In this document: in pieces, positions 10,252 through 20,576 of the stretch
Position numbering within the stretch: the stretch's first letter is position 1
Layout of the letters: the number at the start of each line of letters is the position of its first letter
Assembly: GCA_045541555.1 (NCBI GenBank)
Contig: JAZQJH010000011.1
Location: forward strand, 4,243 to 68,242
Direction of reading: 5' to 3'
From: Eubacteriales bacterium
GTDB taxonomy: Bacteria; Bacillota; Clostridia; Oscillospirales; QAKW01
DNA length: 64,000 nt
Notes under the pieces: model-generated
The model's input: only the letters and a program-made list of their open reading frames with translations
What the model was told of the DNA's origin: nothing
The model's database searches: none
Position numbers and translations under genes: made by a program

Positions 10252-10371
10252 ATTGCGAAAATAATGATAATCCAAAGCGAGGGAAAAGTCAAGCGGATTG
10301 ACATTTATACAAATTTTTTATATAATTCTTAGTCTAAGGCTTGTATCGTTTTCATACGCTATACAAAGGAG

Positions 10372-10680
10372 ATGAGAACGATGGAAGAATATCATAGAGA
10401 TTCCCTTCGGGAGCTGCGTCGGATGGCGGAGGAGTACCCGGAACGGCCGAAAGGCTCGAAGTTTGTGACGGTGTTGATCATTCTTTTGTTTTTGGCGGCA
10501 GGGGGCTTTTACTTAAAGACCGCGCAGCCGGAGTGGCTGGATCGTTATTTTGATAGTGCGGCGGTGGAGCAGAAGCTGACGGACTGGAAAGAGGAGGTTG
10601 CCGCGGTCTTTCGGAATGATACGGACGACGTGCAGGAGACGGTAGACAGCGCCTTGGCGGAGCAGGATGAAAAGGCTTAA
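10372..10680 (+). CDS. Single-TM hypothetical protein upstream of the SpoIVFB-like protease
   Basis: RBS AAGGAG; one hydrophobic helix; overlaps the next gene. Confidence 0.65.
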   Translation: MRTMEEYHRDSLRELRRMAEEYPERPKGSKFVTVLIILLFLAAGGFYLKTAQPEWLDRYFDSAAVEQKLTDWKEEVAAVFRNDTDDVQETVDSALAEQDEKA

Positions 10681-11248
10681 AGTTTCGCCGCTTTTGGTGT
10701 TGCTGACGGTTTCCTATATGCTGATCGAGGGCTCGTTTGATCCGCTATGGATCTTGGGCTTTTCCCTTTTGCATGAGTTGGGGCATATTGCGGCGATCCG
10801 CCTGCTGGGCGGAGAGATCAGTGGTTTCTCCGGAGGCGGACAAGGGTTTGCCCTATCGGTCAACGGACTTTCTTATCAAGGGGAGCTTTGGGCGGCCGCG
10901 GCAGGTCCTTTGACCAGTCTTTTGCTGGCGCTGGGATTTGCTTTGGCGGCGTGGGGATTTCAATGGGAGCCGCTTTGGTATTTTGCCTTTGCCAACGGGG
11001 CGTTGGCGGTGCTGAATCTTTTACCCATCCTGCCCCTGGATGGAGGGCGGATACTGCGCGCGGTGCTGGCATTGCGCTGTTCGCCGACCCGGCAGAGAGG
11101 AGTTTCCCAGGCGGTAGGACTTTTGGTACTTCTGCCCTTGCTGGCAGTTTCTTTTTGGCAGTTTCTCAGCAGCGGATATAATCTCTCGTTGCTGTTTATT
11201 TGTATCTATTTGCTTAGTTTGATCGGAGTGAATGAATATGACGTATAA
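10667..11248 (+). CDS. Site-2 (M50) intramembrane metalloprotease, SpoIVFB-like
   Basis: HELGH, AAGP and NLLPILPLDGG motifs. Confidence 0.9.
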   Translation: MKRLKVSPLLVLLTVSYMLIEGSFDPLWILGFSLLHELGHIAAIRLLGGEISGFSGGGQGFALSVNGLSYQGELWAAAAGPLTSLLLALGFALAAWGFQWEPLWYFAFANGALAVLNLLPILPLDGGRILRAVLALRCSPTRQRGVSQAVGLLVLLPLLAVSFWQFLSSGYNLSLLFICIYLLSLIGVNEYDV

Positions 11249-13085
11249 AATGAATGAAATGAAAGACCTTTTGCTGCAGGTGCAAAAGCCGGCGCGTTAC
11301 GTGGGCGGTGAGATCGGGCAGACGGTCAAGGATCTGGATCAAGTGGACGTCCGGATGGCGTTTTGTTTCCCGGATATCTATGATATCGGGATGTCCCATC
11401 TGGGGATGCGGATCCTTTATAGCGCCTTCAATGAGCGGGAGGGGAATTGGTGCGAGCGTGCCTTTCAGCCCTGGCCGGATATGGAGGAGCGGATGCGCGA
11501 AGAGGGAATCAAGCTCTTCACCTTGGAGAGCCATACCTCGCTGGATGAGTTTGATCTGGTCGGCTTTACATTACAATACGAAATGTGCTATCCCACGGTG
11601 CTGAATATGCTGGACTTAGGCGGAATTCCGCTCTATGCCAAGGAGCGTACCGGCTTGAAGAATATCGTGGTGGGCGGCGGCCCCTGCGCCTATAATCCGG
11701 AGCCGCTGGCACCCTTCTTTGATCTTTTCTGCATTGGCGAGGGGGAGGATGCCCTGACGGAATTGGCGGATATGCTGAGAGCGGCGCGCGTCAAGGGGCA
11801 AAGCCGGGAGGAATTCCTTTTGGAAATGTCCAAGCTGGAGGGATGGTACGTTCCCTCCTTTTACAAGGTGGACTATCATGAGGACGGCACCATCCATTCC
11901 TTCGCGCCTATCCGGGAGGACGTTCCTGCCACCGTCCGCAAGCGGATCGTCAAGGATTTTGACCGCACCTATTATCCCAAGACCCAGATTATCCCCTTTA
12001 CCGAGGCGGTGCATGATCGGGTGACCGTTGAATTGTTCCGCGGCTGTATCCGGGGTTGCCGGTTCTGCCAGGCCGGAATGCTGTTCCGTCCGGTGCGGTG
12101 CAAATCGGCGGAAACGCTGGTGCAGGATGCCTGCACCCTGCTGGAGAATACCGGCTACGAACAGCTTTCTCTCTGCTCCCTTTCCTCCAGTGACTATCCG
12201 GAGATCGAAAAGCTGGTGGACGAGCTGATCCGCTATACCGAGCCGCGGAGCATCAATCTTTCGCTGCCCTCGCTGCGGGTGGACAACTTCTCCAAGGAAC
12301 TGGCTGCCAAGATCACCGGCGTCCGGAAGTCCACCTTTACCTTTGCGCCGGAGGCGGGAAGCCAGCGGATGCGCGACGTCATCAATAAGAACGTGACCGA
12401 AGAGGATATCGAGCGTAGCTGCCGGATCGCCTTTGAGAACGGCAATTCTTCGGTCAAGCTTTATTTCATGATGGGTCTGCCTACCGAAACGGACGAGGAT
12501 CTGGACGCCATTCATTCCATGGCAGATAAGATCATCGGCTATTTCTATGATACCGATAAAGAAAAAAGAAACCGCTTTATCCATATTGCGGTCAGCCTGG
12601 CAACCTTTATTCCCAAGCCCTTTACCGCCTTCCAATGGGAGGCGCAGAATAGCGAGGAGGAGGTTCACCGCAAGCAGGATTATCTCTATTCCAAGGTGCG
12701 GAAAAAGCAGGTCTCGCTGAGCTATCACGACTGCCGTACCTCCATGTTGGAGGCTATTTTGGCGCGGGGTGACCGCCGCTTGGCGCCGGTTTTGGAATAT
12801 GTGGCGAAGCACGGCGGTAAGCTGGATGCCTGGACGGAGCATTTTGACTATGAACGCTGGAGTGAAGCCTTTGCCGCCACCGGCGTGGACGGGAATTTCT
12901 ATTCTTTGCGTAAGCGTGATTTTGAGGAGATCCTGCCCTGGGATTTCATTGATATCGGCGTAACGAAGGAGTTTTTGATCCAAGAGGCCAAGCGTAGCTA
13001 TGAAGCCAAGACTACGCCCAATTGCAAGGAGGCTTGCGCCGGGTGCGGTGCCAATAAACTGATTGGGAGGAAATGTGATGTTTAA
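11238..13085 (+). CDS. TIGR03960-type B12-binding radical SAM protein
   Basis: KPARYVGGE, FPDIYDIGMSHLG, RGCIRGCRFCQAG and APEAGSQRMR motifs. Confidence 0.9.
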   Translation: MTYKMNEMKDLLLQVQKPARYVGGEIGQTVKDLDQVDVRMAFCFPDIYDIGMSHLGMRILYSAFNEREGNWCERAFQPWPDMEERMREEGIKLFTLESHTSLDEFDLVGFTLQYEMCYPTVLNMLDLGGIPLYAKERTGLKNIVVGGGPCAYNPEPLAPFFDLFCIGEGEDALTELADMLRAARVKGQSREEFLLEMSKLEGWYVPSFYKVDYHEDGTIHSFAPIREDVPATVRKRIVKDFDRTYYPKTQIIPFTEAVHDRVTVELFRGCIRGCRFCQAGMLFRPVRCKSAETLVQDACTLLENTGYEQLSLCSLSSSDYPEIEKLVDELIRYTEPRSINLSLPSLRVDNFSKELAAKITGVRKSTFTFAPEAGSQRMRDVINKNVTEEDIERSCRIAFENGNSSVKLYFMMGLPTETDEDLDAIHSMADKIIGYFYDTDKEKRNRFIHIAVSLATFIPKPFTAFQWEAQNSEEEVHRKQDYLYSKVRKKQVSLSYHDCRTSMLEAILARGDRRLAPVLEYVAKHGGKLDAWTEHFDYERWSEAFAATGVDGNFYSLRKRDFEEILPWDFIDIGVTKEFLIQEAKRSYEAKTTPNCKEACAGCGANKLIGRKCDV

Positions 13086-13707
13086 GGATATGCGCGCGCG
13101 TTTTTGCAAAAAGGATAGCGCCATCTATTTTTCTCACCTGGATTTGAATCGGGCGGTAATGCGTGCCCTCCGCCGGAGCGGAATACCCTTTTGGAGTACC
13201 GGCGGGTTCAGCCCCCATCCGTATTGTATTTTTGCCCAGCCTTTATCCTTGGGTTTTGAAAGCGAGGGGGAACTCTTTGATTTTCGGGTGACGGATGATT
13301 TTGATCCGCAAGCGTTGATCGCGGCGTTCCCCGAATCGCTGAAGATACTGGAGGTCTATCCGCCGGAGGACTCCTTTAAGCAGATCGCCTGGGCAGACTA
13401 TCGGGTAGAACTTCGCACCGATGCGGATGCAGAAATGGTGCAGAAGGCTTTCGAGGGTTCGCTCACCGTGGTGAAAAAGACAAAGCGGAGCGAAAAGGAA
13501 GTGGATCTTCGGGATTTCATCCGCTCTATCACAGCGGAAAAAGGGGAGACGGGCGTCGTCCTTTCGGCGTCCATTGCCGCCGGCAACGATCGCTCCCTCA
13601 GTCCTAATTATCTGGCAGATGGCTTGAATAACGCCGGAATTTCGGCGGAGATCCGCCGCGTTTGCCGTCTTCGTTTTCTAAAAGAGGACGGAAATCCCAT
13701 CCGTTAA
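13078..13707 (+). CDS. TIGR03936-type radical SAM-associated protein
   Basis: YFSHLD...RALRRSG...GFSPHP motif; usual partner of the upstream gene. Confidence 0.85.
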   Translation: MFKDMRARFCKKDSAIYFSHLDLNRAVMRALRRSGIPFWSTGGFSPHPYCIFAQPLSLGFESEGELFDFRVTDDFDPQALIAAFPESLKILEVYPPEDSFKQIAWADYRVELRTDADAEMVQKAFEGSLTVVKKTKRSEKEVDLRDFIRSITAEKGETGVVLSASIAAGNDRSLSPNYLADGLNNAGISAEIRRVCRLRFLKEDGNPIR

Positions 13708-13769
13708 AAATCTTTTATAAAAACTGCTTGACTTTTTCTTTTAGTCGTTGTATACTATTCAAGCAGTTT

Positions 13770-13861
13770 GGAGAGATGGCTGAGCTGGTCGAAGGCGCAC
13801 GATTGGAAATCGTGTAACGGCTTAAACCCGTTCGGGGGTTCGAATCCCCCTCTCTCCGCCA
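13770..13861 (+). tRNA. tRNA-Ser(GGA)
   Basis: GGAGAGATGGCTGAGCTGGTCGAAGGCGCACGATTGGAAATCGTG...TTCGAATCCCCCTCTCTCCGCCA with a long variable arm; TTGACT-17-TATACT promoter upstream. Confidence 0.96.
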
Positions 13862-14199
13862 TAAAAATGACCACCCCAATTGGGGTGGTTATTTTTATAT
13901 CGTCGATCGGGGGATCGGACCCTTTTGGGTTCGTTGAGGGAGCCGCAAAGCCGCGATAGGCTTTGCGGACTGCCGTGTCTCGAGCACGGCAATTTTTTCG
14001 TATGTTGCCCGGGGCAACCGAAAAAATGCCGAGCGCAGTGCATCCCCCTTTCACCGAGAGTGCATCGTATCCCCCTCATTTCGAAGCAAAGATCTATCGG
14101 GGTGGTTATTTGGGTTTCGGACGCTTTTTTATTTTAATTGTAGCAATCTTTAAAATAATGTGTTATAATTAATCAGATATAATTTTAGGAGCAATAGAA

Positions 14200-14715
14200 A
14201 TGAAAAAAATATCCAAAATGATTTTAGAATTTGCCGATTCGATCATTATTGCCCTGGTGGCGGTGATGGTGGTGTTTACGTTGGTCTGCCGGGTCTATGT
14301 GGTAGATGGGGGGTCCATGAATACCACGCTGATGAATCAGGATCGGTTGCTGGTCTCCAATCTTTTCTATACGCCGGAGCAAGGGGATATCATCTGCTTT
14401 TTGGCAGAAAACAATGATAATAAGGTGTTGGTCAAGCGTGTCATTGCCACCGCCGGACAAACGGTGGATATCAACGAGAATTTTCAAGTGATGATCAATG
14501 GAAAGGTTTTGGAAGAGCCGTACCTGGATGCCGGGATCTATACCATTCCTAAAAGTTTCCAATTTCCGTATACGGTGCAGGAGGGTGAGGTCTTCTGCTT
14601 AGGTGATAATCGGATCAACTCCAAGGATAGCCGTGATTTAGGCGCTATTCCTACGGAATATGTATTGGGTCGCCTCATTCTGCGGCTGGCTCCTCATTTT
14701 GGGACGGTGAAATAA
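14200..14715 (+). CDS. lepB: Signal peptidase I
   Basis: GGSMNTTL (catalytic Ser), VKRVIA (catalytic Lys) and GDNRINSKDSR motifs. Confidence 0.94.
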   Translation: MKKISKMILEFADSIIIALVAVMVVFTLVCRVYVVDGGSMNTTLMNQDRLLVSNLFYTPEQGDIICFLAENNDNKVLVKRVIATAGQTVDINENFQVMINGKVLEEPYLDAGIYTIPKSFQFPYTVQEGEVFCLGDNRINSKDSRDLGAIPTEYVLGRLILRLAPHFGTVK

Positions 14716-15578
14716 TGGGTAATCTGCAAATTCAATGGTATCCGGGTCATATGACCAAGACCCGGCGCTATATCGAGAAGAATATCGGGCTGGTCGATCT
14801 GGTGATCGAGGTGGCGGACGCGCGCGTGGTCAATAGTAGCCGCAATCCGGATTTCGACCGCCTTTTGGCTAATAAAAAACGGCTGACCGTGCTGACCAAA
14901 CGGGATCTTGCAGACGAGAAGATCAATAAAACCTGGGAAGCCTATTTCAAGAAGATCGGGCAGCCGGTGCTCTTTTTGAATACCACCACCGGGCAGGGCG
15001 TTTCCGACGTATTGCCGATGGTGCGGAGCATCCTTTCGGAGGAACTGGAGCGTGCCAAGGCCAAGGGGATGACCAAGACCATTCGCTTGATGATGTGCGG
15101 TGTTCCAAACTCCGGAAAAAGTACGCTGATCAATGCGCTTTGTAAGCGACGGGCGGCGGATGCCCAGGATCGCCCGGGCGTCACCCGGGGCGGTCAATGG
15201 TACACCCTGCAAAAAGACGTGGAGCTTTTGGATACGCCGGGCATCCTCTGGAATAAATTTGAAGATATGCAGGTCGGCATCCACTTAGCGCTCACCGGTG
15301 CGGTCAGTGATGAAGTGGTAGACCGCGAGGGGCTGGCGTTGGAACTGATCGAGATCCTGCAGGCGAAGTATCCCCATCAGCTGGAGGAGCGGTATAAGCT
15401 GCCGGATATCGAGGGCTGGGCGCCCCTGGACGTTTATGAGGAGATCTGCCGCAAACGAGGCTTTTTGCTCCGGGGCAATGATTTTGACTATACCCGATGC
15501 GCCGCCGTTTTACTGGATGAATTCCGGGGCGGCAAGATCGGGCGGATCTCGTTGGAGGGACCGGATGCTGGAATTTAA
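14715..15578 (+). CDS. rbgA: Ribosome biogenesis GTPase RbgA/YlqF
   Basis: IQWYPGHM, GVPNSGKSTLIN and DTPGILW motifs. Confidence 0.95.
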   Translation: MGNLQIQWYPGHMTKTRRYIEKNIGLVDLVIEVADARVVNSSRNPDFDRLLANKKRLTVLTKRDLADEKINKTWEAYFKKIGQPVLFLNTTTGQGVSDVLPMVRSILSEELERAKAKGMTKTIRLMMCGVPNSGKSTLINALCKRRAADAQDRPGVTRGGQWYTLQKDVELLDTPGILWNKFEDMQVGIHLALTGAVSDEVVDREGLALELIEILQAKYPHQLEERYKLPDIEGWAPLDVYEEICRKRGFLLRGNDFDYTRCAAVLLDEFRGGKIGRISLEGPDAGI

Positions 15579-16167
15579 ATACGAGCAAAAAGCAAAAGAT
15601 GCCGGCTTTCGCGCGGTTTGCGGGGTGGATGAAGCCGGACGTGGCTGTCTTTGCGGACCGGTCTGCGCGGCGGCGGTGATCCTGCCGGAGGGCTGGAACC
15701 ATCCTGCACTAAATGATTCCAAAAAACTTACCCCAAAGAAACGAGAAGAATTATTCTCTATTATTACAGAAAATGCGCTGGCTTACGGCATCGGCTGGGG
15801 AAGCGTGGAGGAGATCGACGAGATTAATATCCTGAACGCCGCCATGCTTGCCATGCGCCGTGCCATTAAAGAATTGCCCATCCCTGCAGATTATGCGCTG
15901 GTGGATGGCAATATCGCCCGGGATTTTTCCATCCCGGCAGAGCCCATCATTGGGGGAGACGGCGTTTCGCCCTCCATTGCGGCGGCGTCTATTTTGGCGA
16001 AGGTCTCCCGTGACCGCTTGTGCGACGAGATGGAGCGTGATTACCCCGGCTATGGAATCGGCAAGCATAAGGGGTATTGCACCAAGGTTCACCGGGAGGC
16101 GCTTTTGACCTTGGGGCCGGCGCCTATTCATCGCAAAACCTTTTTAAAGAAAATTTTGGGCGAATAA
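15565..16167 (+). CDS. rnhB: Ribonuclease HII
   Basis: GVDEAGRG, DSKKL, SIAAASILAKV and HKGY motifs. Confidence 0.95.
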   Translation: MLEFKYEQKAKDAGFRAVCGVDEAGRGCLCGPVCAAAVILPEGWNHPALNDSKKLTPKKREELFSIITENALAYGIGWGSVEEIDEINILNAAMLAMRRAIKELPIPADYALVDGNIARDFSIPAEPIIGGDGVSPSIAAASILAKVSRDRLCDEMERDYPGYGIGKHKGYCTKVHREALLTLGPAPIHRKTFLKKILGE

Positions 16168-16168
16168 A

Positions 16169-16522
16169 ATGAAGGTATACGGATTAGGATTAAAGGGAGA
16201 GATCGCAGCAGCCAAGTATCTCCGTAAAAAGGGCTATAAAATCTTGGAAAAGAATTTTCAATGCCGTTTTGGAGAACTGGATCTGATCGCTCGGGATAAG
16301 GACTGCCTGGTGTTTTGCGAGGTCAAGACCCGGAGCGAGGGTATGATCGCCCTGCCCCAGGAGAGCGTGACCTATGCCAAGCAGCAAAAAATGATCAAAA
16401 CGGCGCTTTTTTGGTTGCAATCCAAGGAATTGGATCTGCCAATGCGCTTTGATGTAATTGCTGTTACCGCCGAGCAAGGTAAGCTGGCGGTTACGCATCT
16501 GGAGAATGTATTGACCCTATGA
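16169..16522 (+). CDS. YraN family putative endonuclease
   Basis: GE..A..YL, GELDLIA, FCEVKTR and RFDVIAV motifs; conserved position after rnhB. Confidence 0.9.
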   Translation: MKVYGLGLKGEIAAAKYLRKKGYKILEKNFQCRFGELDLIARDKDCLVFCEVKTRSEGMIALPQESVTYAKQQKMIKTALFWLQSKELDLPMRFDVIAVTAEQGKLAVTHLENVLTL

Positions 16523-17418
16523 ATATTTATGGCGACCTGCATTGCGATGCCCTTTGGCGGTGTTATGACCGCAGGACGGATCTGGATGATCCCACCTTGC
16601 AGACCAAGCGAAATCTTTCTTTTCGTCACCTGCAGACCTATGCAATTTATATTCCCGATGAGGAACCCGATCCCTATCGGTATTTCCGCGCGGTCTACGC
16701 CTATGGCGAGGAAGTGATGCGGAAGTATCCGGAGCTGGTGCTCTGCCGAATGGGGGCGGAGATCGATCAGGCTTTTGAAAGCGGAAAGACGCCCTATCTG
16801 CTGAGTGTGGAGGGCGGTGGATTTTTCGGAGAGGATCGGGAGAAAAATCGCAGGATCGCTAAAGAATTGAAGCAAAAAGGGATCCTCTTTTTATCCCTTT
16901 GTTATAATAAAGGGAACAATCTGGCCGGCGGCGCGCTCAGCAGCGGCGGTCTCACCCCTCTCGGCAGGGAAGTGGCGCTGCTCTTGCGGGAGGAGGGGAT
17001 CGTATTGGATCTTTCTCATCTCAATTACCGCTCTGCTGATGATCTTCTGGCGCTATTGCCGGATGGCGTGGTGGCCACCCATTCCAATTGCTATGCGCTG
17101 GCGGATCATCCCCGAAACCTGACTGACGAACAGATCAAAGCTTTGATCGCGCGAAAAGGGTTGATGGGGATCAATTTTTATCCGCCCTTTTTGACCAATC
17201 GCAGCTTTGCCACCATTTCGGATATTCTGTTGCATATCCGCCACGTCTTGAACCTGGGCGGCGAAGAGATTCTGGCATTTGGCAGTGATTTCGACGGAAT
17301 TGACCGGACGCCCGTTGATCTTCGGGATCTTTCGGAGCTTCCCCGATTGGGAAAACTGCTCAACGATGCGTTTTTATATAGAAATATGAAACGCTTTTTG
17401 GATCAAAATTTCAAATAA
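16519..17418 (+). CDS. Membrane dipeptidase (M19) family protein
   Basis: DLHCD, DLSH, ATHSN, RNLTDEQI and GSDFDG motifs. Confidence 0.9.
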   Translation: MNIYGDLHCDALWRCYDRRTDLDDPTLQTKRNLSFRHLQTYAIYIPDEEPDPYRYFRAVYAYGEEVMRKYPELVLCRMGAEIDQAFESGKTPYLLSVEGGGFFGEDREKNRRIAKELKQKGILFLSLCYNKGNNLAGGALSSGGLTPLGREVALLLREEGIVLDLSHLNYRSADDLLALLPDGVVATHSNCYALADHPRNLTDEQIKALIARKGLMGINFYPPFLTNRSFATISDILLHIRHVLNLGGEEILAFGSDFDGIDRTPVDLRDLSELPRLGKLLNDAFLYRNMKRFLDQNFK

Positions 17419-17449
17419 AAAAGCGCCCGAAGGCGCTCTTTTATCAGGC

Positions 17450-17608
17450 TTATTTTGCTTTGTAGGTCTTGCAGAAGGTATCGGAGGAGTTATGGCAGTT
17501 TTCGCAATTGCTGACTTCGATCTTTTCTGCGGTACACTTGTTGTCGGTGGTGTGGTAATGGCAGTTTTTAACCTTGCAATCCACGCCGGAATTAACAGAA
17601 TTCATCAT
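17450..17608 (-). CDS. DUF1540-like small Cys-rich protein, 52 aa
   Basis: Not in the ORF track; MMNSVNSGVDCKVKNCHYHTTDNKCTAEKIEV...TFCKTY; RBS AAAGGAG. Confidence 0.75.
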   Translation of the reverse strand: MMNSVNSGVDCKVKNCHYHTTDNKCTAEKIEVSNCENCHNSSDTFCKTYKAK

Positions 17609-17634
17609 TTTTTCGTACACTCCTTTCCGCTAAA

Positions 17635-17663
17635 TAGTATGGACGGAAAGCAATCAATTATCC
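17635..17663 (-). promoter_or_regulatory. Candidate sigmaG (forespore)-type promoter for the DUF1540-like gene
   Basis: Minus strand GGATA-17-CATACTA matches GHATA-17/18-CATACTA. Confidence 0.5.
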
Positions 17664-17682
17664 GTGGAGGAGGTGATTTGTT

Positions 17683-18444
17683 TTGGCAATTTATGTGTTG
17701 GGAGATCCGCATCTTTCCTTTTCGGCGGATAAGCCGATGGATATTTTCGGTTCCTGCTGGCAGGACCATCCGGAAAAGATCAAAAAGGCTTGGAAAAAAA
17801 TGGTTAAGTCTGAGGATACGGTAATTTTGGCAGGTGATCTTTCCTGGGCGATGTCTTTAAGGGACGCGGAGCCGGATCTTCGATTTTTCCATGACCTACC
17901 CGGTCGGAAGATTCTTTTAAAAGGCAATCATGATTATTGGTGGGAGACTGTTTCCAAAATGAATCGCTTCTTTGAGGAGCGGAAATGGGATGATTTTCAA
18001 ATTTTGTATAATAATTCCATTTCTTGCGAAAATATAGCAGTGTGCGGCACCCGGGGCTGGGAGGCAGAAAGCACCGGCGAGCAAGATCGGAAGATCCTCC
18101 AAAGAGAAGTGCAGCGGCTGGAGCTTTCGTTGCAGTCGGCGCCGGCGGATCGGGAGCGGGTGGTCGTCTTGCACTATCCGCCTTTTGATGGAGAGCACGC
18201 GCCCTTTGAAGAGCTTTTTAAGAAATACGGCGTCAAGCGATGCTACTACGGGCATATCCACGGCCGGGCGGCAAGAGAGAGCGTTCCTATTGAAAAGGAT
18301 GGGGTTCTTTATACCTTAATATCTGCTGATGCATTGGATTTTACCCCTCTTTTGATCGCCTCTTCTGCCGGTTCTAAACAAAATCACCAAAAAAAGCCCG
18401 GTTTTTGGGCGAAAGTTCTCTCGTATTTCAAAGGTTTGTGTTGA
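17683..18444 (+). CDS. Calcineurin-like metallophosphoesterase
   Basis: DPH, GDLSW, GNHD, HYPP and GHIH motifs. Confidence 0.9.
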   Translation: MAIYVLGDPHLSFSADKPMDIFGSCWQDHPEKIKKAWKKMVKSEDTVILAGDLSWAMSLRDAEPDLRFFHDLPGRKILLKGNHDYWWETVSKMNRFFEERKWDDFQILYNNSISCENIAVCGTRGWEAESTGEQDRKILQREVQRLELSLQSAPADRERVVVLHYPPFDGEHAPFEELFKKYGVKRCYYGHIHGRAARESVPIEKDGVLYTLISADALDFTPLLIASSAGSKQNHQKKPGFWAKVLSYFKGLC

Positions 18445-18511
18445 CTTTTCCTGCGAGAAATTATAAAATAAGTAGAGTTATGAAGGAAATTCATATGGAG
18501 GTAAAAATAGG

Positions 18512-19888
18512 ATGACTGTTAAAGAAGTAAAAAATCTGGAAAAGAGCTTGGTTGAGCTGACCGTAGAAGTCAAGGGCGAGGAATTCAAAGCCGCCGTTGA
18601 CGCTGCTTTCAAAAAGAATCTTTCCAAGATCACCGTCCCCGGCTTCAGAAAGGGCAAGGCTCCCCGGAAGATCGTGGAGAAGCTCTATGGCGAGGGGATC
18701 TTTTTTGAGGATGCTGTCAATGCTCTCTATCCTAAGGCTTATGATGATGCAGTGGCCGAGTCCGGTCTGAAGGTGGTTGCACGCCCCGAGATCGAGATCA
18801 CTGAGGTAGATGCTGAAGGCTTTACCTTTAAGGCTGTTGTTACCGTGAAGCCCGAGGTGACCGTTAAGGAATATAAGGGTTTAAAAGTAACCAAGACTGT
18901 CTATAATGTTACTGAGTCTGAAGTGAAGGCTGAGCTGGAGCGTCTGCAGAAGCAGAACGAGCGTACCGTTGTCGTGGATCGTGAGTCCAAGGATGGCGAT
19001 ACCGTCAATATCAACTTTGACGGCTCTGTGGATGGCGTTCATTTCGATGGCGGCAAGGGCGAGAACTATGATCTGGTTCTGGGCTCCGGCAGCTTTATCC
19101 CCGGTTTTGAGCCCCAGCTGGTTGGCAAGAAGGCCGGTGAGGACGTCAAGGTTGAGGTAACCTTCCCCGAAGAGTATCATGCAGAAGAGCTGAAGGGCAA
19201 GGCTGCGATCTTTGATTGCCATATCAATGAAGTCAAGGAGATCGAAGCTCCCGCTCTGGACGATGAGTTTGCAAAGGACGTCAGCGAGTTTGATACCCTG
19301 GCAGACCTTAAGAAGGACATTAAGAAGAACATCAAGGAGCAGAAGGCTCGCCAGTCTGATAACGAAGTGGATAACGCTTTGATTGACGCACTCTTGGAGA
19401 AGACCGAGGTAGAAGTTCCTGCCGCTATGATCGAGCAGAAGGTCGATAATATGTGTGGCGAGTTCGAGCAGCGTCTGGCCGGCTCCGGCTTGGATCTCAA
19501 GACCTATCTGCAGTATACCGGCATGGATCTGGAGTCCTTCCGCAAGGGCTTTGAGCCTGATGCTGAGAAGCAGGTCAAGGTTCGCCTGGCTCTGGAGAAG
19601 GTCGTCGAGCTGGAAGGCGTCGTTGTTTCCGACGAGGATATCGAGAAGGAATACAAGGATATCGCCGATGCGTACGGCATGCCTGCCGACCAGGTCAAGA
19701 TGTACCTGCCCAAGGAAGATATTACCATGGATTGCGCAGTTTCCAAGGCTGTTGAACTGATCCGCGCCAATGCGGAGATCACCGAGGAGAAGGCTGCCGC
19801 AAAGAAAGCCGCCGCTAAGACCACCGGCGAGAAGAAGCCTGCTGCAAAGAAGACCACTACCAAGAAGGAAGAACCCAAGGCAGAGTAA
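18512..19888 (+). CDS. tig: Trigger factor
   Basis: PGFRKGKAP ribosome-binding loop and FKBP domain (FIPGFE). Confidence 0.97.
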   Translation: MTVKEVKNLEKSLVELTVEVKGEEFKAAVDAAFKKNLSKITVPGFRKGKAPRKIVEKLYGEGIFFEDAVNALYPKAYDDAVAESGLKVVARPEIEITEVDAEGFTFKAVVTVKPEVTVKEYKGLKVTKTVYNVTESEVKAELERLQKQNERTVVVDRESKDGDTVNINFDGSVDGVHFDGGKGENYDLVLGSGSFIPGFEPQLVGKKAGEDVKVEVTFPEEYHAEELKGKAAIFDCHINEVKEIEAPALDDEFAKDVSEFDTLADLKKDIKKNIKEQKARQSDNEVDNALIDALLEKTEVEVPAAMIEQKVDNMCGEFEQRLAGSGLDLKTYLQYTGMDLESFRKGFEPDAEKQVKVRLALEKVVELEGVVVSDEDIEKEYKDIADAYGMPADQVKMYLPKEDITMDCAVSKAVELIRANAEITEEKAAAKKAAAKTTGEKKPAAKKTTTKKEEPKAE

Positions 19889-19908
19889 TTGAAGCAAGGA
19901 GAATTTCA

Positions 19909-20490
19909 ATGAGCTTAGTACCTACTGTTATTGAGCAGACCGGCCACGGTGAGCGGGCGTATGATATTTATTCCCGGCTCCTAAACGATCGCATTATCAT
20001 GCTGACCGATGAGGTAAACGATACCACCGCCAGTCTGGTAATTGCCCAGCTGCTGTATCTGGAGGGTCAGGACCCGGATAAGGATATCAGCTTTTATATC
20101 AATTCCCCGGGCGGTTCGGTAACAGCAGGGCTGGCAATCTTTGATACGATGCAGTATATTAAGTGTGACGTTTCCACCATCTGCATCGGCATGGCGGCCA
20201 GTATGGGTGCGTTCTTGCTGGCGGCCGGTACCAAGGGCAAGCGGTATTGTCTGCCGAATAGCGAAGTGATGATCCATCAGCCGCTGGGCGGCATTATGGG
20301 AAGCGCCACCGAGGTGGAGATCCGCTCCCGTAATCTTAAAAAGACCAAGGATAAACTCAATCGTATGCTGGCGGAGTTCACCGGTAAGAGCATCGAGGAG
20401 GTCACCCGGGATACCGATCGGGATAACTTCCTTTCTGCCGAGGAAGCCAAGGCCTACGGCCTGGTCGATGAAGTCATTGCCCATAGATAA
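19909..20490 (+). CDS. clpP: ATP-dependent Clp protease proteolytic subunit
   Basis: DIYSRLL, INSPGG, AASMG and MIHQP motifs. Confidence 0.97.
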   Translation: MSLVPTVIEQTGHGERAYDIYSRLLNDRIIMLTDEVNDTTASLVIAQLLYLEGQDPDKDISFYINSPGGSVTAGLAIFDTMQYIKCDVSTICIGMAASMGAFLLAAGTKGKRYCLPNSEVMIHQPLGGIMGSATEVEIRSRNLKKTKDKLNRMLAEFTGKSIEEVTRDTDRDNFLSAEEAKAYGLVDEVIAHR

Positions 20491-20576
20491 TAGGGTTTTA
20501 GTCTAAACCGAAGGAAGGACGGGAATTGAATATTCCCGTCCTTTTTAATCCTTGTGTGAATTAAAGGAGTAGCATC

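Noticed and set aside
7782-13124. Long opposite-strand ORFs over nrdD (7782-9218) and the radical SAM gene (11616-13124)
   Set aside because: Shadow frames produced by codon bias of the real genes; the same applies to ORFs opposite tig, clpX, capsid and ABC-F
13755-14172. Short ORFs around tRNA-Ser
   Set aside because: They overlap the tRNA and palindromic repeats; no coding features
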